64,000 nt of DNA from Bacteroidaceae bacterium (GTDB taxonomy: Bacteria; Bacteroidota; Bacteroidia; Bacteroidales; Bacteroidaceae), in contig JAZQQO010000034.1 in assembly GCA_045629085.1 (NCBI GenBank), positions 20,983 through 84,982 on the forward strand, written 5' to 3'. This document shows positions 26,278 through 35,051 of this stretch, piece after piece. Position 1 is the stretch's first letter. Each line of letters starts with the position of its first letter. The position numbers and the translations under genes were made by a program. Under the pieces are notes generated by a model, which was given only the letters and a program-made list of their open reading frames with translations, searched no databases and was not told the origin of the DNA.

Positions 26278-27636
26278 CTAAAACTGAAAGTATATGAACT
26301 GCACCCGGCTTCCGCCAAGCATGATGACACTCAGGAAAACGACAAGGTACGTCAGCATTCTCACCACTTGCGACCGTTGCCACCCGCTCTCCCTCCAGCA
26401 GAAGGGATGACGGCATTCACCCATCATGAACTCTGCCCCCAACAATATGGCGATCAAGGCCAATGGCATTCGCGAAAGCGTAGTGCCGCCAAAGGACGTA
26501 ACGTCAAACATCCCACTGACATATCCGCACGCCTCAGCCGCGTCAGGACTTCGGAAAATGACCCATCCCACCACGACAAGCAGGAAGGTGACATAACGAT
26601 GGGGGATGACGAACCACAACCAGTTGTAGAAGCCCCATAGGACGTACGTCCAGTTGCTGCCATGCCACAGACCACTCAGCAAGAATACCGCCAACTGATT
26701 GATTCGCTGACGCGCTTTGCCTCTTCGGCTACCGCCAAGCGGTATGTACACATAATCCTTAAACCAGTTCATCAGCGTAACGTGCCAGCGACGCCAGAAC
26801 TCAGGAATGGTCTTTGAGAAATATGGGCGACGGAAATTGTCCGAAAGTTGTATGCCGAACAACTTGGCCGAGCCAATGGCGATGTCAGAATAACCGGAGA
26901 AATCTCCATAGATCTGGAAGGTGAAGAAAAGAGCGCCCAACCACAAATCGGTAGCACCGTAGTTGGCATAATTCCCGAAAACGACATTGACCATCGTAGC
27001 ACAGTTATCTGCCACCAGCACCTTCTTCACCAAGCCCCAAAGTATCTGACGCATACCATCGCGCGCCTGCTCAAACGAGAAGTTCCGCCGACATCCCAAC
27101 TGCGGCATCATGTCGCTACCACGTTCTATAGGCCCTGCCACAAGTTGCGGGAAAAAGGAGATGAAAGCCATAAAGTCAAGCAGACGGCATGGCACCACCC
27201 GTCCGGCCTTGTTTTCGCGATAGCAATCCACGAGATAACCTGACAGTTGGAAAGTATAGAAGGAGATACCTACCGGCAGGATCACGTTCAGGGAGGAAAG
27301 TTCCGTGTGCAATCCCACACAGTCAAGCAGTTGCTGCAAGTTTTCCACAAAAAAGTTGAAATACTTGAATACGCCCAACAAGCCGAAATTGAGCATCAGT
27401 GCCAGGACAAGGCTCGTCTTACGCCATGACGGCGACCGCTGCATCAGGCCGAGAAGAGCATAATTGACCACGCAGGTTGCCATCATCAGCAACAGGAACT
27501 GCCAGTTCCACCATCCATAGAACACCATACTCCCTGCCAGAATCACAGCATTCTGCATCATGCGCGACCGCACACTCCAATACAGGAGGAACACGACCGG
27601 CAGGAAAAGAAGATATTCTAATGAGTTAAATAGCAT
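26278..27636 (-). CDS. MBOAT-family O-acyltransferase (AlgI/DltB-like)
   Basis: 452 aa. It starts MLFNSLEYLLFLPVVFLLYW, has a multi-TM body, and carries the conserved His region FWRRWHVTLMNWFKDYVYIPLGGSRRG. Confidence 0.85.
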   Translation of the reverse strand: MLFNSLEYLLFLPVVFLLYWSVRSRMMQNAVILAGSMVFYGWWNWQFLLLMMATCVVNYALLGLMQRSPSWRKTSLVLALMLNFGLLGVFKYFNFFVENLQQLLDCVGLHTELSSLNVILPVGISFYTFQLSGYLVDCYRENKAGRVVPCRLLDFMAFISFFPQLVAGPIERGSDMMPQLGCRRNFSFEQARDGMRQILWGLVKKVLVADNCATMVNVVFGNYANYGATDLWLGALFFTFQIYGDFSGYSDIAIGSAKLFGIQLSDNFRRPYFSKTIPEFWRRWHVTLMNWFKDYVYIPLGGSRRGKARQRINQLAVFLLSGLWHGSNWTYVLWGFYNWLWFVIPHRYVTFLLVVVGWVIFRSPDAAEACGYVSGMFDVTSFGGTTLSRMPLALIAILLGAEFMMGECRHPFCWRESGWQRSQVVRMLTYLVVFLSVIMLGGSRVQFIYFQF

Positions 27637-27655
27637 ATACGCCCCCCTCTCTATC

Positions 27656-28417
27656 CTATGGGCAATTTATCATTATTCCGTTGATGTTGCGGCCCGTCTT
27701 GATCGTCTCACGGCGGGCAGAATAAAAACCGGGGGACTGCATCGTGCAAGTGCCATCGATGTGAATCCTATGCACTCCTGCACATTCAAGGAGCCATGCG
27801 TTGGCACGCCAGAGGTCGAGATGCCATTTTTTCATTCTACGGGCAATCTGCTCCATCGGGAAGTCGGCTTCGCGAAAAGCCTCATAAACCTCATCCCCTA
27901 CCTCGAAACTATCAAGGCTGATGCCTGGCCCTATTACTGCATGAAGGTCTTCGCCACGGCTTTGCATCTCACGGATGGTGCGTTCCACAATCCTTCCTAC
28001 CGTACCTCGCCAACCGGCATGAATGGCAGCCACCAGTTGCTGACGCTCATCGTAAAGGAGAACAGGGATGCAATCAGCAGTCTTCACTGCCACACACAAG
28101 CCCGGCACTCGCGTGATGACAGCATCCGTATCAGGCAATTCGCCCGCAGTCTCTGTCCATGCCACATTCACACTATGCGTCTGGCGGGGAATGAACAAAG
28201 CCCCTCTCCCCGACCCTCCCCCGAGGGGGGAGGACGTAGATAGATCTTGACTCCCTAAAATACGGAAGGAGGAAGGAGGATTGGTTTGCTCTGCCTCATC
28301 GCACGAGGGAAAGGTAATCCCCACCTCGCGTGCATCGACACCAGGCTCTGTACCATGACAGCCCTTACCAGCGGTAAAGGCTGTCACTGTATCTGCTATG
28401 TCATAAAATATATGCAT
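27656..28417 (-). CDS. pgeF: PgeF/YfiH-family (DUF152, laccase-domain) protein carrying an in-frame repeat-element insertion
   Basis: 253 aa with family signatures PRQTHS..V, KTADCIPVLL, AAIHAGWRGT, GPGIS and CT....FYSARR. The segment ...SSPLGGGSGRGA... is encoded by GC-rich element copy B. Confidence 0.75.
   Translation of the reverse strand: MHIFYDIADTVTAFTAGKGCHGTEPGVDAREVGITFPSCDEAEQTNPPSSFRILGSQDLSTSSPLGGGSGRGALFIPRQTHSVNVAWTETAGELPDTDAVITRVPGLCVAVKTADCIPVLLYDERQQLVAAIHAGWRGTVGRIVERTIREMQSRGEDLHAVIGPGISLDSFEVGDEVYEAFREADFPMEQIARRMKKWHLDLWRANAWLLECAGVHRIHIDGTCTMQSPGFYSARRETIKTGRNINGIMINCP
28199..28234 (+). repeat. GC-rich nested-hairpin element, copy B (inside the pgeF coding sequence)
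   Basis: AGCCCCTCTCCCCGACCCTCCCCCGAGGGGGGAGG has the same architecture as copy A. The reading frame is maintained across it. Confidence 0.75.
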
Positions 28418-28445
28418 CGTTCTTATTGACTTGCAGTTCTATAAT

Positions 28446-28509
28446 CTCCTCCCCTCTCGGGGGACTTTTGCCAGCGGGCAAAATGTATGGACGAAGGCCG
28501 GAGAGGGGC
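28446..28509 (-). repeat. GC-rich nested-hairpin element, copy F (long-spacer variant)
   Basis: The reverse complement reads GCCCCTCTCCGGCC...TCCCCCGAGAGGGGAGGAG. Its CCCTCTCC end lies 1 nt from the obg stop codon (28511-28513). Confidence 0.65.
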
Positions 28510-28510
28510 T

Positions 28511-29665
28511 TTAATCCTCTATCTCGTAATCCTCCAGTTCCTCGATATCTGCATCGTCCAGAATCTCGATGTCCTCATCCTCACCCATATCCTCGAGTTC
28601 AGACTGGAGATAGCCGAGATCCTTGTTCTTATGCACGATTCGCTCGTCATCGAGAATGGCCTGCAGTTTGTTGCTTTCACTATTGAGGGCAGCCCAAAGC
28701 ACATCCTTCAGCTCCGTCAGTCCCTTGTTAGCAACGGCAGAAATGAACACGACAGGCAGGTCATCGGGCAGATCTACAGAGAGCATCTCCACCAGTTCGT
28801 CATCCAACAAGTCACTCTTCGTGACAGCCAGCACGCGCTGCTTGTCCATCAGTTCCGGGTTGAAACTTCCCACCTCGTTCAGCAGAATCTCATATTCCTT
28901 CTTGATGTCGTCCGTATCGCCAGGCACCATAAAGAGCAGCAACGAGTTACGCTCGATATGGCGCAAGAAACGAAGACCGAGTCCCCTACCCTCGCTGGCT
29001 CCCTCGATGATACCTGGGATATCAGCCATCACAAACGACTGGTTGTCGCGATAGGATACAATGCCTAAAGAAGGCTCCATCGTAGTAAAGGGATAGTTGG
29101 CAATCTTGGGTTTAGCCGATGACAAAGAACTGAGCAACGTGGACTTACCAGCATTGGGGAATCCCACCAGACCGACATCAGCCAGCAGTTTCAACTCCAT
29201 GATGACGGTAAGCTCCATCATCGGTTCGCCGGGCTGTGCATAACGGGGAGCCTGATTGGTAGAGGTGGCAAAATGGATATTACCTTGTCCGCCACGGCCT
29301 CCCTTAAGGAGCATCACCACTTCTCCGTCATGCTTCACGTCACAGATGTACTCACCCGTATCGGCATTATACACCACCGTACCGCAAGGCACGTCAATGT
29401 ACTTGTCATCGCCCTTGGCACCCGTGCTGCCACTCTTACCACCATTGCCGCCATGACCAGCAAAGATATGACGGTCGTAACGCAGGTGCAGCAACGTCCA
29501 ATAGTTGCGGTTGCCACGCAGATACACATGGCCACCGCGTCCACCATCGCCGCCATCAGGGCCACCATTAGGTGCGTACTTAGCACGATGCATGTGTGCA
29601 CTACCACGACCGCCCTTTCCTGAGCGGCACACGATCTTTACGTAATCAACGAAATTCGATTCCAT
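28511..29665 (-). CDS. obg: GTPase Obg/CgtA
   Basis: [27 protein letters not shown]... (Obg fold), G1 motif [21 protein letters not shown], and an acidic C-terminal tail. The start was set at the ATG at 29663-29665, because the 13 extra codons of ORF 28511..29704 read through repeat copy C. Confidence 0.95.
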   Translation of the reverse strand: MESNFVDYVKIVCRSGKGGRGSAHMHRAKYAPNGGPDGGDGGRGGHVYLRGNRNYWTLLHLRYDRHIFAGHGGNGGKSGSTGAKGDDKYIDVPCGTVVYNADTGEYICDVKHDGEVVMLLKGGRGGQGNIHFATSTNQAPRYAQPGEPMMELTVIMELKLLADVGLVGFPNAGKSTLLSSLSSAKPKIANYPFTTMEPSLGIVSYRDNQSFVMADIPGIIEGASEGRGLGLRFLRHIERNSLLLFMVPGDTDDIKKEYEILLNEVGSFNPELMDKQRVLAVTKSDLLDDELVEMLSVDLPDDLPVVFISAVANKGLTELKDVLWAALNSESNKLQAILDDERIVHKNKDLGYLQSELEDMGEDEDIEILDDADIEELEDYEIED

Positions 29666-29670
29666 CAGAA

Positions 29671-29715
29671 GACCCTCTCCGGCGCTTTGCGCCACCTCCC
29701 CCATAATGGGGAGGA
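29671..29715 (+). repeat. GC-rich nested-hairpin element, copy C
   Basis: GACCCTCTCC-GGCGCTTTGCGCC-ACCTCCCCCATAATGGGGAGGA. It begins 5 nt from the obg start codon. Confidence 0.8.
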
Positions 29716-29847
29716 CTTTTACACATTTTACCTATCAACTCATTTCTACAGGAGGATTATCACACATTAGGCAATCATCACACCTCTGTAGAAGGATTAT
29801 CCATTTGACCCATCACCCCGCTTCCCTATCCAATCTCTCAAAGAGAG

Positions 29848-29888
29848 GCCCCCTCCCCATTACGGGGGAGGGCGGGGGGAGAGGGGCC
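29848..29888 (-). repeat. GC-rich nested-hairpin element, copy D
   Basis: The reverse complement reads GGCCCCTCTCCCCCCGCCCTCCCCCGTAATGGGGAGGGGGCC. Its CCCTCTCC end lies 9 nt from the adk stop codon. Confidence 0.8.
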
Positions 29889-29897
29889 GCTTCTATA

Positions 29898-30470
29898 TTA
29901 CTTCTGCGTATCCAGGAACGCGAAGATATCACCGAGCATCTGCTCTTTGCTGCCATTCCAGGTGAAGGTGTGGCGCATACCCTCCTTTTCAAACCACTCA
30001 GCGAGAGGTTCTGTCTGAGCATGGTAAACAGCGAAACGCTTCTTGATGGTCTCCTCATTGTCATCGGCACGTCCCTGCTCGATAGCACGGTTCAGCAGAC
30101 GTGCCAGCAAGGTCTCCTCGTCAACGATGAGTTCTACCATCACACCCATGTCGTGCTTACGTTCTGCCAACATCTGCTTCAAAGCCTCAGCCTGTGCAAT
30201 GGTGCGGGGGAAACCGTCAAAGATCACGCCCTGACCAGCAGGCAAGTTGTCATACGTATCTGCCAAGATATCGATCATCAGTGAGTCGGGCAGCAACTGA
30301 CCATTGTCGATATAGCCCTTAGCGGTCTTACCCAGTTCGGTACCAGCCTTTATCTGAGCACGCAGCACGTCGCCCGTGCTGATGTGTCCCATACCATAAC
30401 GCTTTACAATCTCATCGCTGTAGGTACCCTTGCCACTGCCAGGAGCACCAAAAATAATAATGTTCTTCAT
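29898..30470 (-). CDS. adk: Adenylate kinase
   Basis: 190 aa with the MKNIIIFGAPGSGKGT P-loop, ISTGDVLR and GFPRT motifs. Confidence 0.95.
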   Translation of the reverse strand: MKNIIIFGAPGSGKGTYSDEIVKRYGMGHISTGDVLRAQIKAGTELGKTAKGYIDNGQLLPDSLMIDILADTYDNLPAGQGVIFDGFPRTIAQAEALKQMLAERKHDMGVMVELIVDEETLLARLLNRAIEQGRADDNEETIKKRFAVYHAQTEPLAEWFEKEGMRHTFTWNGSKEQMLGDIFAFLDTQK

Positions 30471-30495
30471 TCTTTTTTATGTATAAATTAACAAC

Positions 30496-31035
30496 TCAAT
30501 CCTCAATCACATAGATATCCCTCGTATTTCGACCCTGCTGATCGTAATCAAGCCCATAGCCGAGAATAAATTCATTGGGAATTCGAAGTGCACAATACTT
30601 GATATCCAACTGCACCTGAAGTTTCTCTGGCTTTAGGAGAAGCGTACAGATGTCAATGCTCTTGGGATTATGCTTTTTAAGCGTTTCGAGCATGTGTGCC
30701 ATCGTGAGTCCCGTATCCACGATATCCTCAATGATAATAACCGGACGGTCCGTGATATCTATATTAAGACCTATCATTTCATGTATCTTACCCGTTGACT
30801 GTACACCCTCGTATGAGGCCAACTTCACGAAAGAAATCTCGCAAGGCAGCGTAATCTCACGCAGCAAATCGGCAGCAAAGATGAAAGCACCATTCAGCAC
30901 TGCAAGAAACACAGGCTCCTGTCCTTCATAATCCTTGTTGATTTCACCAGCCACACGCGCTACCTGCTTCAGGATCTCAGTTTCTGGTATTGAAATACGA
31001 AAATCTTTATCTTTTACACGCATAACAACAAACAA
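30496..31035 (-). CDS. hpt: Hypoxanthine phosphoribosyltransferase
   Basis: 179 aa with PRPP-binding block VIIIEDIVDTGLT. The true start may be the ATG at 31023 (MRVKDKDF...). Confidence 0.9.
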   Translation of the reverse strand: MFVVMRVKDKDFRISIPETEILKQVARVAGEINKDYEGQEPVFLAVLNGAFIFAADLLREITLPCEISFVKLASYEGVQSTGKIHEMIGLNIDITDRPVIIIEDIVDTGLTMAHMLETLKKHNPKSIDICTLLLKPEKLQVQLDIKYCALRIPNEFILGYGLDYDQQGRNTRDIYVIED

Positions 31036-31048
31036 ATTTTCTGCGTTG

Positions 31049-31056
31049 CAAAATTA
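31049..31056 (-). promoter_or_regulatory. Candidate -7 promoter box (TAATTTTG) for hpt-adk
   Basis: The reverse complement of caaaatta matches TAnnTTTG, just upstream of the hpt start. Confidence 0.45.
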
Positions 31057-31129
31057 GCAAAAAAGTTTGAATAGACCCACATAATATATAAAAATGTGCG
31101 TCAAAACAGCAAAATGTGAGCCAAGAGTC

Positions 31130-31164
31130 GTGAATTGTGAATTATGAATTATGAATTATGAATT
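31130..31164 (+). repeat. Heptamer tandem array (5 units: GTGAATT x2, ATGAATT x3)
   Basis: gtgaattgtgaattatgaattatgaattatgaatt. It ends 8 nt before the nnr -7 box. Confidence 0.9.
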
Positions 31165-31172
31165 ATATTTGC

Positions 31173-31180
31173 TACTTTTG
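31173..31180 (+). promoter_or_regulatory. Candidate -7 promoter box (TACTTTTG) for nnr
   Basis: Matches TAnnTTTG. The ATG at 31185 follows after 4 nt, so the leader would be very short or absent. Confidence 0.4.
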
Positions 31181-31184
31181 CAAC

Positions 31185-32723
31185 ATGAAAATACTCACTG
31201 GCACTCAACACGCGGAACTCGACCGATACACCATCGAGAATGAGCCGATAGAATCCATTGAATTGATGGAGCGTGCGTCACAAGCCATCGCACTCGAAAT
31301 CATGTCGCGATGGGACAAGCAGCGCATCGTCTACGTTTTCGCTGGAGCGGGCAACAATGGCGGAGACGGATTGGCCGTAGCACGACTACTCTACAAAGAG
31401 GGATACCGTGTGGCTGTATATCTATTTAATGTCAAAGGCCACCTGAGTCCTGACTGTTCCACCAATCGCGACAGGCTTGTGGAACTGCAGAGCGCAGAAA
31501 ACTCTGCCGAACGTCTTGTATTCAAAGAAATCACACAAGGTTTCGATTTCCCTAAGATTAACGCAAACGACATCATCATCGACGCACTCTTCGGCACAGG
31601 CCTCAAGAGTCCTTTGTCGGGAGGATTTGCCGTGGTAGCGCGCAAGATTAACGGAACTCACGCTCACATTGTCAGCATAGACATACCCAGTGGTCTGATG
31701 TGCGAGAACAATGCCTTTACAGACCGCTCCGTAGTGATTCACGCAGAACTCACGCTGAGCGTACAGTTACCCAAGTTAGCCTTCCTAATGGCTGACAACG
31801 AGATATGCGTAGGCGAGTGGAAAACTATCGACATTGGCCTTTCGGAAGAAGGCATCGCTCAGGCTAACACCCCCTACTCCATGATTGAGGAGAACGAGGT
31901 ACGCGAACTTCTTCACAAGCGCCCCGCCTTTGCCCACAAGGGCACGATGGGACATGCACTGCTTGTTGCAGGAAGTCACGGCATGGCAGGAGCGGCCATC
32001 TTGGCTGCCAAATCTTGCCTGCGCAGCGGAGTCGGCAAGTTGTCTGTACACACTTGCTCGTCTGCCAACAACATCATGCAAATCAGTGTACCTGAAGCCG
32101 TTCTCCTACTTGATAAGAACAGCCGTAACATCTCCGAGACGCTTGACATCAGCCGTTTCCAATCCATCGGCATAGGTCCCGGGATCGGACGTGACAATGC
32201 TACAGCTGAAGCCGTACAGAGTTATCTTGCCGTAGCAGATGAACCTCTTGTGGTCGATGCCGATGCCCTCAACATCCTTGGCGATCATCGCGAGTGGATG
32301 GGCCACTTGCCCAGCGGCAGTATCCTCACCCCACATGTCAAGGAACTGGAGAACATCACAGGCATTTGTGCTAACTCATATGAACGCCTCACCCAAGCCT
32401 CCGAACTGGCTGTGTCATATCATATCTATGTCATACTGAAAGGGCACTACACAGCCATCTGCACACCGCAAGGCCGTGTTCTGTTTTGCCCTAAGGGCAA
32501 TCCCGGCATGGCAACTCCTGGCAGCGGCGACGTACTGACAGGCATTCTCACTGGCCTGCTGGCACAAGGCTATCCTCCCAGCGAGGCAACCATTCTTGGT
32601 GTATGGCTCCATGCTTCAGCAGGCGACTTGGCAGCAGAGGAGTTAGGTGAGGAGTTTATGCTGGCCAGCGACATCATCACCCACCTCAGTGGAGCGTGGA
32701 AGAGATTGAAGATTGAAAATTGA
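31185..32723 (+). CDS. nnr: Bifunctional NAD(P)H-hydrate repair enzyme Nnr (YjeF_N epimerase + YjeF_C dehydratase)
   Basis: GAGNNGGDGLAVARLL (YjeF_N) and the GPGIG...GSGDVLTG kinase-like C-terminal domain. The start at MKILTG is preferred because the ATG at 31158 lies inside the heptamer array. Confidence 0.9.
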   Translation: MKILTGTQHAELDRYTIENEPIESIELMERASQAIALEIMSRWDKQRIVYVFAGAGNNGGDGLAVARLLYKEGYRVAVYLFNVKGHLSPDCSTNRDRLVELQSAENSAERLVFKEITQGFDFPKINANDIIIDALFGTGLKSPLSGGFAVVARKINGTHAHIVSIDIPSGLMCENNAFTDRSVVIHAELTLSVQLPKLAFLMADNEICVGEWKTIDIGLSEEGIAQANTPYSMIEENEVRELLHKRPAFAHKGTMGHALLVAGSHGMAGAAILAAKSCLRSGVGKLSVHTCSSANNIMQISVPEAVLLLDKNSRNISETLDISRFQSIGIGPGIGRDNATAEAVQSYLAVADEPLVVDADALNILGDHREWMGHLPSGSILTPHVKELENITGICANSYERLTQASELAVSYHIYVILKGHYTAICTPQGRVLFCPKGNPGMATPGSGDVLTGILTGLLAQGYPPSEATILGVWLHASAGDLAAEELGEEFMLASDIITHLSGAWKRLKIEN

Positions 32724-32745
32724 AAAATGAAGATTGAAAATATGA
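32704..32745 (+). repeat. Heptamer tandem array (6 units, GATTGAA family) spanning the nnr stop and the next gene start
   Basis: gattgaa gattgaa aattgaa aaatgaa gattgaa aatatga. The nnr TGA (32721-32723) and both candidate ATGs of the next gene (32727, 32742) lie inside it. Confidence 0.85.
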
Positions 32746-33806
32746 AGAAAATACTTCTTACTGCCCTGTTTGCTATGGGCGCATCACTGGCTGCCACAGC
32801 CCAAACAGAGATTGAGAATTTTGTTCCTGGCGCCACTCTCGAGGGAGTCAGCTATTTCCTTCCCCGCACGGCTCTACGCGTCACCGTGGAGACTGAGAAA
32901 ACCGTAGTCACTCCTGGCGACCTCAACAAATATGCTTTCCGCTATCTTCGCCTGAATGATGTCCCAACTGCTGGTAGCACTACATACGCCATCAAGAGCA
33001 TCAAGGTGGAACCCTACGGCGTCATTGACAACAAGAAGGCATACAGCGTCAAGGTCAAGAGCAAGACCATCGCTCCGCTCGTCACCCTCACTCCCGACGG
33101 CATCCTGCTCAGCGTCAACAAGGAGGTGGCACAGCCTACCCCAACCGCCACGCCCAACGACGTACCCGCTCCCAAACAGCTCAATCCCCGTGACTTCATG
33201 TCACAGGATATCCTCGCCGCCGGGAGCACGGCCAAGATGGCAGAACTCTGTGCACAGGAGATTTACGACATTCGCGAATCACGCAACGCACTTGTTCGCG
33301 GTGAGGCTGACAACCTGCCCAAGGATGGTGCCCAACTGCAGATCATGCTCTCACAACTTGACCAGCAGGCAGCAGCACTCGAACAACTTTTCAAGGGTAC
33401 CACGAGCATAAGCACCCATTACACCGTGTTCAATGTTATCCCCGAGACCGAGGGTGAGAACATCATTCTTCGTTTCTCACAGAAACTTGGCATCGTCGAT
33501 GCCGATGACTTGGCTGGTGCTCCCATCTACCTCAGCCTCTCCCCCACAGCTCCCCTTCCTGCCCGCGTAACCGACGAGTCCGTTGACAAGAAGAAAGCCA
33601 AGATGGAGAAGGGCATATATTATAATGTACCTGTGCGCGAGACAATCAAGATTTACGATGCTCGTAACACTTACACTCAAATAGAGTGTCCCATGGCACA
33701 ATTCGGCACCACGGAAGTACTCTCCGAAACACTCTTCAACAAAGGTGCCACCACACGCGTCTCATTCTTCCCCGAGACGGGTGGCATAGAGAAACTTGAG
33801 CAGTAA
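32742..33806 (+). CDS. Secreted hypothetical protein (tentatively DUF4831-like)
   Basis: Signal peptide MKKILLTALFAMGASLAATAQ. The family assignment is from memory only. An alternative start is at 32727. Confidence 0.55.
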   Translation: MKKILLTALFAMGASLAATAQTEIENFVPGATLEGVSYFLPRTALRVTVETEKTVVTPGDLNKYAFRYLRLNDVPTAGSTTYAIKSIKVEPYGVIDNKKAYSVKVKSKTIAPLVTLTPDGILLSVNKEVAQPTPTATPNDVPAPKQLNPRDFMSQDILAAGSTAKMAELCAQEIYDIRESRNALVRGEADNLPKDGAQLQIMLSQLDQQAAALEQLFKGTTSISTHYTVFNVIPETEGENIILRFSQKLGIVDADDLAGAPIYLSLSPTAPLPARVTDESVDKKKAKMEKGIYYNVPVRETIKIYDARNTYTQIECPMAQFGTTEVLSETLFNKGATTRVSFFPETGGIEKLEQ

Positions 33807-33808
33807 TT

Positions 33809-35029
33809 TCAGAAAGCCTCAGCGTAATTGAAGATAACGCTGGAGGTATTGCGTCCAAATCCGACATCCATTCGCAAATTGGTATTGCGCTTAATCTCAA
33901 AGCGCAAACCAACACCGTAGTTGGGAAGGATTTGGCGTCCTCGTATCTCGGAGAGATTATGGAACAATGTTCCAACACCCCCCCAGGCCACAGCACCTAA
34001 TCGCTTGTAGATAGTTTGGCGCAACTCAGCCTGCAAACACATCTGGTTGTCATCAATGTAGCTACCAGAATAATAGCCACGCATACGACGGTCATCGTAA
34101 CATATTTCCTGTCTTAATTGCCAAGGCACAATGCCACGTGAGAAGCTAGACTCCCCGTAAAATTCATAGGCCATAATGGCTCCCTTCCAAAGGCCATGAT
34201 AGCCACAGAACTGCAAGGTTGCCACCGACACATCCTTATCGGCCGCATTGCTCAATCGGTAGGGATAATAAACATAGCGATAAAGGAAACTGATGCCACG
34301 CTTAGGATTGAGAATATAATCGCGCGAGTCATAAAGCACGCTAATACCTGCACCAGCAAAGAAACCACTCTTCTTTTGTCCAAGCAAATACTCAGGATTG
34401 TCCAGATCGGCAGAGGTCTGCTTGATACGCAAGGCAACACCCCAAAACCAGTTACCTTTGAAGCGCTGGTGATAGTCAGCAGTGAGATAGATGCGATTAA
34501 ACTTGGCACCAGTCACCGAATTCGTGTCGCAAGAGTTGAAATTGATGCCCCAGAAGTCGCGTCGTTGTCTGCGAAACTCCGCAATGTAGCTCAATCGCTT
34601 ATCCCGTGAGAAGTGTACATTACCAGATATACCGAAACTGTAGGTTCCGTTAATTGACCCTCCACCAATAAGGGTAAAGTCGGAAGGTTGCATGATGGAG
34701 TCAGTGCGATCAAGTCGGAAAAGTGCACTCACCTGTCCACCAAAACTAAGGCTTGCTTCCTTGGAATACACTGGTGCCACAGCAAAAGAGAGATCAATGG
34801 GCTTCTCAAAAGTTCTGTCCACATTGCCGTTTATCAAGCTTTGCCACCAAGACGAGAACCACGATTCCTTCTTCTCAGAAACTATCTTGTCATAAGTTGG
34901 CTGATGAAGAATTCCTGCCGTATCGTTTTCTATAACACTAGTGGAGTCAACACCCGCGACGATTTCCTGGGCCGACAGATTCAGTTTGGTCAAAGAAACC
35001 AGGGCAATGGCGATGATAATTTTTCTCAT
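33809..35029 (-). CDS. Outer-membrane beta-barrel protein (Omp85/surface-antigen-like)
   Basis: 406 aa with a signal peptide, an alternating-hydrophobic strand pattern and a terminal ...VIFNYAEAF aromatic residue. It lies 22 nt downstream of the efflux OMF gene. Confidence 0.6.
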   Translation of the reverse strand: MRKIIIAIALVSLTKLNLSAQEIVAGVDSTSVIENDTAGILHQPTYDKIVSEKKESWFSSWWQSLINGNVDRTFEKPIDLSFAVAPVYSKEASLSFGGQVSALFRLDRTDSIMQPSDFTLIGGGSINGTYSFGISGNVHFSRDKRLSYIAEFRRQRRDFWGINFNSCDTNSVTGAKFNRIYLTADYHQRFKGNWFWGVALRIKQTSADLDNPEYLLGQKKSGFFAGAGISVLYDSRDYILNPKRGISFLYRYVYYPYRLSNAADKDVSVATLQFCGYHGLWKGAIMAYEFYGESSFSRGIVPWQLRQEICYDDRRMRGYYSGSYIDDNQMCLQAELRQTIYKRLGAVAWGGVGTLFHNLSEIRGRQILPNYGVGLRFEIKRNTNLRMDVGFGRNTSSVIFNYAEAF

Positions 35030-35051
35030 TTGCAGTTTTTATTGTTCATGT

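Noticed and set aside
29666-29704. N-terminal extensions in the ORF track for obg ([13 protein letters not shown]-) and truA (63148-63177, [10 protein letters not shown]-).
   Set aside because: Both extensions are translations of the GC-rich repeat element. The conserved protein N-termini ([11 protein letters not shown]..., [11 protein letters not shown]...) begin at the internal ATG.
29745-29804. Direct/inverted repeat pair TCTACAGGAGGATTATC and TCTGTAGAAGGATTATC, 40 nt apart, between element copies C and D.
   Set aside because: It is short and imperfect. It may be part of the obg promoter region or of the flanking repeat elements, and there is not enough evidence for a separate call.
33804-33811. 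Convergent stop codons only 2 nt apart (the DUF4831-like gene and the Omp85-like gene) with no terminator between them.
   Set aside because: This is unusual-looking but common in compact genomes, and nothing further can be read from the sequence.
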